A DNA stretch of 64,000 nucleotides, taken from Octopus vulgaris (Eukaryota). Below the pieces are notes generated by a model. That model made no database searches. It was not told the DNA's origin and worked only from the letters and a program-made list of their open reading frames with translations. The stretch spans positions 35,836,001-35,900,000 of the forward strand of contig OX597817.1 in assembly GCA_951406725.2 (NCBI GenBank). The letters run 5' to 3'. Positions 54,500 to 64,000 of the stretch are shown here, piece after piece (within the stretch, counting starts at the first letter, position 1; every line of letters starts with the position of its first letter). The translations under genes were made by a program, and so were the position numbers.

Positions 54500-55900
54500 G
54501 AAGTGGCTGAAACTATTATGAACTATGTTATGCAATGGCTGAGAAAAATGAAAACTTTGCATGCTTTTGTGAAAATCTTTGCTGTAACTGACAGTCCTGG
54601 TAAACTGCTCCGGTGAAAATCCTCACACACTTTACAAACCTATAAATCATGATGATAACAGGAAAACTTCCAAGTACACATTCCACCAACTCCTGTATCC
54701 TTACAACAGCCTAAAGGATAAAAAAAAAAATTCAGCAATTTGCTCCCTTGGCCAAGTTCCATCCACCTTTTCTTTTATTTCTTTTCTAAGTGACTGTATG
54801 TCTACTTTACATTACGGAAGAAAGTCTCTCAATCTGATCTAGAATATATGCCACTAAGTGAAAAAACAATGCAAGATATTGACGAGATAGCTGATGATAG
54901 AGAGAAAGCCTTGCCTTGTGGATAGTTTTTCAGTGAACTTGATAAGTCAACTTTTAGTTGTTGGTATATTATAGTCCATAGTAGATTTTTGTTTGCTATG
55001 TATCTGAAAGGTAATATGAAAAAGGTGACAATTTTGCAATGTCTGGAGGATTATTTGAAGCAATTATATTCCTCAAGGATATTAGAGCAGTAACTCTTTA
55101 TGGTGTACCAGCAGTAGTTAGCTAGGGAGAGAAAATGATATTCTTCCATGCACATACTGTTCATTGCTTATTAGACACTTTCTTATATCTAAGAAACTTA
55201 GTACTGAACTATGTGATATCTTGAGGCAGGGCCAAGATAGTTTAAAATGTTACAGGACAACAATGGAAATTATGATTCTGGAAAAACCTTATGGCAGTTG
55301 ATTTCATTTTCATTTTGCATGTTTGATTGCATGAGATTCATGTGTCTATTATGTACAAACCCCATTTTCAACCAATGAGGGTTGTGTGTTCATGTGATAA
55401 TCCCAGAAAATTCCTGTAGCAGTGGCTCTATAAGAAGCCAATTTTGGCGCAATATATCAGAGACAGTTCTGACTTTTCTCACTTCATTCCTAGATAAATT
55501 CTCTTTCCAAGCTATTTCCACAGATACATACTCAAACCAGTGCGAATCCCCTAATAGCTATTTTCACAGCTAATTATCAAACTGGAGATGAAGAAAAATC
55601 AATGCCATTCATTTTGGCAGCAATCAGTTTAATCCTTAAGATTTCAGCTTCTATAAATATGACATTCTTATAATTTGATGTCGTCTGTTTTTCAAGAAGT
55701 CCTGTACAATTGTAATAATAAATATGTATATAAACTGCCATCAAGTCTTGTCATAACTAGTTGATACAATCTTTTTCCCAAAATTTCAATTTTTTTACAT
55801 TCTTCCTCCCATTTCTGTACCCTTTCCATTTTCCATACAGTATAGGACTTCAAGGGATGACTATTCCAAAACTCCACCAAAAAGAATTGGAGAATCTGAG
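54500..55900 (-). mobile_element. Highly degenerate pogo/Tigger-like transposase relic
   Basis: Fragmentary motifs in the expected order: LGKRLYQL (CENP-B HTH-like), YRATATGIFW (~YNADETGLFW), CAWKNIIF (~AWMT..IF). Confidence 0.4.
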
Positions 55901-56415
55901 GGAAGAAAATCTCAGTTTATTCATATAGAAACACACGGTTTCACCATTTGATGATTGCAACTAATGATAAATTATAATGATATCATTATGTTTTAGTAAA
56001 CAATATCAATTAGGCAATAAAAAACCAATTATATATAATTATATATTAGTGAATTGTATTTGATTGTATTATTTTCATTTCTTATATGAATGTCTGCTTT
56101 CGACTTAAACGTTCAAATTATCCCTTAATGGTTAGGGGACAAACAATCCCCTGAGTTGACTGAATAGCTTTGAAGATCCCTGTTGCAAAGCATGGTTATG
56201 ATCGAGGATTATCTTATCAAATTAGAGTTAAAAGGTTTGGTAATTTATAGCATTTTTCAGCATTTATATTCAGATTACCAATAATCTTTTTTTATTTTAT
56301 GACATATAATTTCATAATTTATTTGTCGATTTTGTTCTGAAGCATAACTTTGAATTTATAAAAAGAATTAAGAATAAAATCGCTATAACCAAGAGTGAAA
56401 CTTGAAACCATATAT

Positions 56416-56625
56416 ATTTCTTTACTACCCACAAGGGGCTAAACACAGAGGGGACAAACAAGGACAGACAAAGGGATTAAGTCGACTACATCGACCCCAG
56501 TGCGTAACTGGTACTTAATTTATCGACCCCAAAAGGATGAAAGGCAAAGTCGACCTCGGCAGAATTTGAACTTGGACAGACGAATTTCGCCCGGCGTGCT
56601 AACGTTTCTACCAGCTCACCGCCTT
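56416..56625 (-). mobile_element. SINE family B with 14-bp TSD TTGAAACCATATAT
   Basis: TSD at 56402-56415 and 56626-56639. Confidence 0.9.
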
Positions 56626-56714
56626 TTGAAACCATATATGATTAGTCGAATTCCTTCTTGTTTATTTGAAGAAATTTCATGCTAATCTTAGATTTTCTGT
56701 CTTTGTTTTATCAG

Positions 56715-56834
56715 TTAATTAGCAACAATGAAGAATGGAAAAAAGAAAAGGCTGATCTCATGGTTGAACTCAATGAAGCAAAACATGGCTTTGTACGCGG
56801 TGTGGAGATGACTCTACCTTTGGTTATGGAGTCT
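56715..56834 (+). CDS. CCDC33: CCDC33-like coding exon 7 (LISNNEEWKKEKADLMVELNEAKHGF...VMES)
   Basis: ctttgttttatcag acceptor, TCT|gtaagt donor (or read-through to TGA 56859-61). Resembles [26 protein letters not shown]. Confidence 0.88.
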
Positions 56835-56879
56835 GTAAGTATAAAATGGCAGAGTGGGTGATGCATGGAAAGTGATATA

Positions 56880-57107
56880 TATTTCTTTACTACCCACAAG
56901 GGGCTAAACACAGAGGGGACAAACAAGGACAGACAAACGGATTAAGTCGATTACATCGATCCCAGTGCGTAACTGGTACTTAATTTATCGACCCCGAAAG
57001 GATGAAAGGCAAAGTCGACCTCGGCGGAATTTGAACTCAGAACGTAGCGGCAGACGAAATACGGCTACGCATTTCGCCCGGCGTGCTAACGTTTCTGCCA
57101 GCTCGCC
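56880..57107 (-). mobile_element. SINE family B, young copy with 11-bp TSD AAAGTGATATA; others 15850-16080+, 35110-35320-, 37060-37250-, 40385-40630-, 41788-41900-, 48611-49250-, 60626-60848+
   Basis: Head GGCGAGCTGGCAGAAACGTTAGCACGCCGG, B box GAGTTCAAATTCC, Nin/Deu-like core GCCTTTCATCCTTTCGGGGTCGATAAAT; CpGs intact. Confidence 0.92.
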
Positions 57108-57612
57108 AAAGTGATATAGGACATTAGAGTGATGTGAAAGAGGAAAAGACGTCATTGACAAAGCAGGCGCTTCAAGCGTAATTTCTTTTGTTCGGATGTG
57201 GGCGATTAAGAAGTCATCAGGCAGTCTATTTTCTGGCTAAGTGGGTAGGGTGTTTCTAGGTCAAACAGCAAATTCCAATCAACTGTTGGTGAGTTCCTTT
57301 TCGGAGTCATAAAAATATCGAAGACCATTGTTGATACTTACGTCAGTGGTCTAAGAGTTAACGAGAAAAATACTATGAATCAATATAAATACTATAATAT
57401 GCAAAACACCCAAATACATAACATTTTTTTCTTTTCTTACCTATGTACAAAAATCTCAGATTTACAATAGTTAAAAAAAGCAAATTATATATTAGATACA
57501 CGTTTTCTTACAATTCAAAGGTCGCTTGTTAATCATCCAACTATTTTGCTGTTATCAAAGACAGGATCAGTTCATTTAATATTCTAGTTATTACTTCACA
57601 TTTTAGTGAATA

Positions 57613-58012
57613 CTAGCAGTATCGCCCGGCGTTGCTCGGGTTTGTAAGGGAAATAACTATATAAGCATTTTTAGAGAGTTATAGCCAAAATATAGCAAAA
57701 AAATGCATTAAAAATGGGAAAAAATGATGGTAAATTTTTTTTAAATCGTTGACTCATCGTAGACTTTTTTAGAGAGTTACTTCCCTTATATAATAGCGAA
57801 AAAATGCATTAAAATGGAAAAAAATAATGGTAAATTATTTTTAAAATCGTAGACTCATCGTAGACGCGCGCTAATACCCAGAAGGGCTCGATATGAATCA
57901 CGACTATCAGATACCCGGTTTTGGTTAAACTGCACCGCAAAATGTGGGAGTAGTTAGGAATCTAAATCGTAGGAGACAGACACTCACACAACTACAGTTT
58001 TATATATATAGA
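57613..58012 (-). mobile_element. Non-autonomous Helitron-like element with ~100-bp internal tandem duplication
   Basis: Minus strand A|TCTATATAT... start, hairpin CCCGAGCAACGCCGGG, CTAG|T end. Confidence 0.8.
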
Positions 58013-58038
58013 TATTACGCTTATATTTTCTACCTAAG

Positions 58039-58053
58039 AAAAGCCTGAACTGA
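58039..58053 (+). CDS. CCDC33: Candidate terminal CCDC33 exon (KSLN*)
   Basis: Only an acceptor-like ttttctacctaag and phase-0 compatibility. Other acceptors nearby (57560, 58043) are equally possible. Confidence 0.2.
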   Translation, partial: KSLN

Positions 58054-58189
58054 AGAACTCTACACATCTGACTCAGCAACATAAAATATTGATACTGGTG
58101 CATTTATTCTCTATTTGACTGCTTTGTATCGTACCAGAGGACTTGTGTGTCTAGGATTACATTATTCAATTATGTCCTTTCTGTTTTTT

Positions 58190-58582
58190 AGGCGTAGGAG
58201 TGGCTGTGTATTATGTAGCTTGCTTACGAACCACAGGGTTCTGGGTTCAGTCCTACTGCGTGGCACCTTGGGCCAGTGTCTTCTACCATAGCCTCGGGCT
58301 GACCAAAGCCTTGTGAGTGGATTTGGTAGACGGAAACTGAAAGAAGCCCATCGTATATATGTATATATATATATATGTGTATGTGTGTGTGTTTGTGTGT
58401 GTCTACCCAACATTGCTTGACAACCGATGCTGGTGTGTTTACATCCCCGTAACTTAGCGGTTCGGCAAAAGAGACCGATAGAATAAGTACTAGGCTTACA
58501 AAGAATAAATCCTTCGATCTGCTTGACTAAAGGCGGTGCTCCAGCATGGCCACAGTCAAATGACTGAAACAAGTAAAAGAGT

Positions 58583-58585
<3 letters not shown>
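58190..58585 (+). mobile_element. tRNA-derived SINE family A, full length; other copies 777-1185+, 25254-25890+, 35843-36170+, 37565-37980-, 40875-41255+, 43160-43540-, 46370-47070-, 49813-50510-, 62900-63270+, 63272-63650+, 63660-63823-
   Basis: Pol III A/B boxes (TGGCTGTGTGGT, GGTTCAGTCC), conserved body, internal (TA)n(TG)n, tail GACTGAAACAAGTAAAAGA. Confidence 0.9.
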
Positions 58586-58643
<58 letters not shown>

Positions 58644-58769
58644 GTTGTGATGTCAAATGACTGCGTAAAGTTTTCCTCATTAGCATGACATTAGAAGGGA
58701 CATGACTTGTTTTAAATCGCTGTTTCACAAGTAATGTACATACAGACATATATATGCACACATTTTGTT

Positions 58770-59067
58770 TGTTCCTTCTCGAGCCACGCCTGGCTCATAG
58801 GTCAGGTTTCCCGGTTTCCTTGGCATGTAGGTTCCTCACCTGGACGGGACTCCGGTCCATCTCAGGTGAGCTTCAAGATGCAGGAGGAAAGAGTGAGAGA
58901 AAGTTGTGGCTAAAGAGTCAGCAGAAGTTCGCCATTACTTTCTGCCGGACCCACGTGGAGCTTAGGTATTTCACTCATAAACACACACATCGCCTGGTCT
59001 GAGATTCGAACCCGTGATTCCTCGACCGCGAGTCCGCTGCTCTAACCACTAGGCCATGTGCCTCCAC
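58770..59067 (-). mobile_element. SINE family C with tRNA(Arg)-like head
   Basis: GGAGGCACATGGCCTAGTGGTTAGAGCAGCGGACTCGCGG...GGGTTCGAATC followed by ~220 nt of non-tRNA body. Confidence 0.8.
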
Positions 59068-61858
59068 ATGTGAATTTGTCTGTGTTAACTACATCCCAAA
59101 GATGGGGGCCTTGTATCTTTGTTGGAAACCGGCTCCATCCTCTGTGGAAGATATATGATTATTAAAAAATAGAAGAGAGATACATACAGACAGACAGAGT
59201 TAAACAAATGCTTCACAATACAGCTCTATATTGTTATATTTATGTACAAGTGAATACCTACGGAAAATCCAATACGTAAAAAACCCACTGGTGGTAAATC
59301 TTTAGTTTTATGTGGAGAAACATCAAAGGCTCTCATTTATTTCGTTGGAACAGATATGTCGCTTAGGTTGATGAGGGAGATGAAATTATACTGACATATT
59401 TTGAGGTTGGAGTGTGACATAAACCACCACTACAAAAAGATACATTTAGATGACCAAACAAACACATAGTCTCACACACATATATTCATTATAGTTAGGA
59501 TAATAACTGAAGTGACAAAAAAATTAGGACGTACAATGCCTGGAAAAAAGTTAACCTTCCCCGAAAATTGTGCAACATTCACTCAGCACCGCAACTCTTG
59601 TAAGACTACTCTCTCATCTGTGAAAGATGCTTCCTTACCTTGGAATATCCAATGACTTTACAGTATTATCTTTTCCCTAAAATTGGACGTACTCTAGGCC
59701 AGAGAATGGTGGCTGAGAGAAGATCCTTTCCTTTAGTATTCAAGGTGGTCTTTGAATTAGGAGATTCCTTAATTAGCCCCAGGTGGCTGTCCCTTCTATT
59801 CAGGACATTTTTTCGAACTTATTTTATTGCTATTTTCCGTGTGCACAATTTCATATTAACACACCTGTTTGTACCTCGTCTCTTCTACTGTTCTTTGTGT
59901 CACCACACCCAAAATGTTTAGTAGTAATACGGGAAGACACAATAATCAATTAAATCGACATCAGAAAAATAAAAATCAAAGATGACCACGACAAGATTTG
60001 AATTCTGAGTACAAAAGGCAGTAGCTAAAAACTGGCAAGTTGTTCTAACATTTCTACCAACTTACCACGCTATATAGGAACAATAAAAGCGTTACATGTT
60101 GCCTGTAATCAGATTTACACTAATTCGTCACGTATTTCATGCCATCATTGTAACAACACCTATTTATAGAACTTATACACTCAAGCTAACTATAAAATGC
60201 TTGCGAGGAATAATGCTTCATTGCGTTTTTCTTATTAAGCAAATCCGAAATACCGTGAATCCTGCGTACGTATTGACAATTGTAATGGTTTTGCTTCTAA
60301 ATGTATCGAGCTTTCACACCCACAGAAAGAAATGCCTGACACATTAAATGCAAACGATAACACACTAAAATACTTGTTGTGCTTAGATTCGACGTAATGT
60401 CGCCCTTTCATTTTTTATGGCTTTTATTTGGACTTAGGTGTGGATGTCAGCGTTACTCATTTTCTCTTTTTCTTTATACCCGTGAACTTTAAATCACGGT
60501 ATATCATTGAACTTCATTATTTTGCTCATTATAACTATAAATTTCGTGCTAGACATATATCTAGTGGGCAATAAAAAAGTGAAGGATAGGTTTTATTGTC
60601 AGCGCTGGCATGGCTGTGTGTAAGAAGCTGGCAGAACCGTGAGCACGCCGGGCGAAATGCTTTGCAGTATTTCGGCTGCCATTACGTTCTGAGTTCAAAT
60701 TCCGCCGAGGTCGACTTTGCCTTTCATCCTTTTGGGCCGATAAATTAAGTACCAGTAATGCACTGGAGTCGATGTAATCGACCTAATCCCTTTGTCTGTC
60801 CTTGTTTGTCCCCTCTGTGTTTAGCCCCTTGTGGGCAATAAAAAAATAAGTTTGCTTCCCAACTATATGGTTCTGAGTTCAGTCTGAACAACAAGAATGT
60901 GAGATTTGACCTGCACACACCATGCTCACTGACATAAGAAACCCCCGATGCTTTGTACTATAATTTATTGAGCGTTTAAAAAAAAAAAGCTCTCCATAGG
61001 AGTAAACACCTACAAAGAGAGGGACCATAAGGAAGATATGTGCGGTTACTCTTCATTAGCATCTGGAATCAGCCAAAGCACAGCGATGGTGACTAAGTTA
61101 TTATTTGCAATATCATCATTCAATGATGAAAAAGATCAACCAACATCTATTGTCTTTCCTTAGGGGAGATTGCTGAATCTATCTGTGTTCGATAGTTTAT
61201 TTATTCGGTTCAACTAATCAGTTTAAATATTGAAGATTGCATATGGCATTCAATACTTACCCTGTTATCCATGTATAGCTTGGAGCTTTGATCGTCAAAC
61301 CAAGCAATAGCAATGCCTTTACTGCCTTTACGATATGAGGTTATTGACCTACCCTAACCAGTGACGTGGGTAGATAGTGCGCTGCCCGTGGATGCCCTTG
61401 AATCTCCCTGTGGAATCTCAAGTCTATACATGCTTATACAGTGGACCTAAAAGTTCCGCACCAAAAAAGCGCTGCCCGGGGTGGACTGCACCTTCCCCGC
61501 CCTAGCTGGCCGTTCAAGAATTTGGACCTGGAGATCTCCATTTCCAGCGACTTCGAGGGCCACCTCCCAGTGGTGTCGGGCGTCAACGAAGAGCCCTCGA
61601 CTACAACAAGACGACCAAATTTTTTTTCTCCAAAGTCTGGGGTCTTTCGCCCCTAAGCCCTAGATCATCACCTAATCACCCTTACCCGTCTTGTTGCTTA
61701 ACAACAACAACAGCAACAACAGCAACAACAACAACAACAACAGCAACAACAACATCCTAGCTGCGTTACAGACACTAACATTGTCAGAGCCAGTGACCTT
61801 GTTAGTTTGAAGCGGCAAGAGGTACCTTCGAAGTTTGTGTGCATGTATGCAAAATAAT

Positions 61859-62446
61859 ATGGTCTTTGGAGCTGTTGAAAGTGATGGAAAATTGATGTCT
61901 CCCAATTTTATTGAAGTGGGTCTTAAAATTAACACAACAGAGTGTCTCAAAATCTTAAAATAAGCTTTGTTGCCTAGGATTAGGAATCATTATGATGCAA
62001 GTCGAGTCATGTTCGTACAGGACTCCGTAGCCGCCCATTCTTCGAAAAGAGTGCAAGAATTTTTGAAGAAGGAATTGCCAATGCTTGTCCCAAAATATAT
62101 CTGACTTTCTCGCTCTCCAGATTTGAATTTCTGTAATTTTTGCCTAAGCGGCACAGTTGAAGCAATGTCTAATGCAAATTCTCACAACAGTGTGTCTTCG
62201 CTGAAGGTTTCGATCAAGCGAGCATTCAGTAAAATGAAAAAGGAAGAAATAGTTAAGGCATGCGCATCATTTCGGAAATGGATTGAACTGGTAAAGAAAG
62301 CAAATGGCAGTCAAATTGAACTGAAATAAATGCTACACACCTCACAATAAATTGGCATAAACATAATTTGCAGTGTTTGCTTTTCTCAAGTTATACTAAT
62401 AATGATAAAGATATTTAAATGGTCATAATTTACCTGTCACACCCTA
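61859..62446 (+). mobile_element. maT (DD37D) Tc1/mariner transposon, 3' part with right TIR
   Basis: MVFGAVESDG...FVQDSVAAHSSK...SPDLNFCN with 37 residues between the catalytic positions; ends tacctgtcacacccta + TA. Confidence 0.85.
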
Positions 62447-62451
62447 TATAT

Positions 62452-62868
62452 ATCATCATCATTATCGTTTAACATCTGCTTTCCATACTAGCATGGATTG
62501 GATGATTTGACTGAGGACTGGCGAACCAGATGGCTGCTCCAGGCTCCAATCTTGATTTGCAGAGTTTCTACAGCTGGATGCCCTACCTAACGCCAACCAC
62601 TACGAGAGTATAGTGGATGATTTTACATGCCACCAACACGAGGGCCAGTCAGGCGGTACTGGCAACGGCCACGCTAAAGTGGTGTTTTTTACGTGCAACC
62701 TGCACAGGAGCCCGTCCAGCGGCACTGGCAACGACCTCGCTCGAATGTTTTTTCACGTGCCACCAGCACAAGTGCCAGTAAGGCGATACTGGTAACAATC
62801 ACGCTCGAATGGTGCTTTTTACGTGCCACCGGCACGGAAGCCAGTTAGCTGCTCTGGCAACGATCACG
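62452..62868 (-). mobile_element. RTE LINE 3'UTR fragment (4 modules)
   Basis: Shared core, module array and tail. Confidence 0.85.
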
Positions 62869-64000
62869 ATATAAGCTCCATCTATCTTATAAAAATATCC
62901 TAGATAGGAGTGGTTGCTTCCCAATCACATGGCTCCGAGTTCAGTCCCACTGCATGGCACATTAGGCAAGTGTCTTTTACTATAGCCTTGGGCTGACCAA
63001 AGCCTTGTGAGTAGATATGGTAGATGGAAACATGAAAGAAGCCCGTCGTATACATATATGTGTGTGTGTCCACCATCACTTGACAGTCGATGTTGGTGTG
63101 TTTACGTCCCTGTAATTTAACCGTTTCGGCAAAGAAGAACGATAGAATAAGTACTTACAAAGAATAAGGCTTACAAAGAATAAGTCCTAAGGTCGATTTG
63201 TTCGACTAAAGGTGGTGCTCCTGCATGGTCGCAGTCAAATGACTGAAACAAATAAAAGAATAAAAGAATATAGGCACAGAAGTGGCTTTGTGGCAAGAAG
63301 CTTGCTTCCCAACCACATAGTTTCGGCGACAGTTCCACTGTGTGGCACCTTAGACAAGTGCATTCTACTATATCCTCGGGCCGACCAAAGCCTTGAAAAT
63401 GGATTTGGTAGACAGAAACTGTATGTATGTATGTATGTATGTATGTATGTATTTGTGTGTCTGTTTGTCCCCCAACATCCCTTGACAACCGATGTTGGTG
63501 TGTTTACGTCCCCGTAACTTAACTGTTTGGCAAAATAGACTGTTAGAATAAGTACTAGGCTTACAAAGAATAAGTCATCGGGTAGATTTGTTTGACTAAA
63601 TGTGGTACTCCAGCATGGCCGCAGTCAAATGACTGCAATAAAAGAAAATATATACACTCGACGGGCTTTTTTCACTTTCCGTGAAACAAATCCACTCACA
63701 AGGCTTTAGTCACACCGGGGCTATAGTAAAAGACATCTCTGCCTAAGGTGCCACACAGTGGAACTGAACCCGAAACCATGTAGCTGAAAAGCAACATCCT
63801 TACCACACAGCTACTCTTGCGCCAACACATACACACAGATTTTGAACATAAACGTAGAAAGAAAAAAAACGTCTAGAGGGCGTTGTTTCTCCTTGTATGT
63901 TCAAATAGAGATTACTGAAATAATAGGATTTTTATAGTCTGTCCTTTGCTTGTCTGATAGGTAATTCTTTGGATTTTATATGATTTCCATTTCTCTGTTA

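Noticed and set aside
58995-59067. tRNA-Arg gene
   Set aside because: A/B boxes are present but there is no proper acceptor stem, and it continues into a SINE body.
63938-63960. Micro-exon tttttatag|TCTGTCC...GATAG|gtaatt
   Set aside because: Splice-like signals only, no homology support, and it lies in a duplicated segment at the window edge.

Overview
This is AT-rich, intron- and repeat-dominated animal DNA, not prokaryotic. The SINE and RTE families look like octopus (coleoid cephalopod) repeats; that is recognition from memory, not a database result. The one well-supported gene is a + strand CCDC33 homologue with 7 phase-compatible GT-AG coding exons from 32584 to 56834 (309 codons, last exon unresolved). 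It appears to lack the N-terminal C2-domain half. Two probable 3' exons of an unidentified upstream gene lie at 591-693 and 7559-7631. They are followed by a ~6.7 kb degenerate array of a 28-nt unit that may sit in that gene's 3'UTR. The rest is tRNA-derived SINEs, 5'-truncated RTE and CR1 LINEs, Penelope-like fragments, Tc1/mariner/maT/pogo relics, MITEs, Helitron-like elements and microsatellites. The most interesting signals: (1) a variable-copy hairpin + H-type-pseudoknot module arrayed in an RTE LINE 3'UTR, with several insertions starting at the 5' edge of the structure; (2) hammerhead-ribozyme cores in short microsatellite-embedded inserts, one apparently intact; (3) a Penelope GIY-YIG endonuclease split by a ~200-aa Thr-rich insert; (4) the 28-nt array; (5) a 2A-like peptide inside a foldback element; (6) a young inverted duplication bracketing CCDC33. 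Most ORFs in the supplied track are microsatellite or repeat artefacts.
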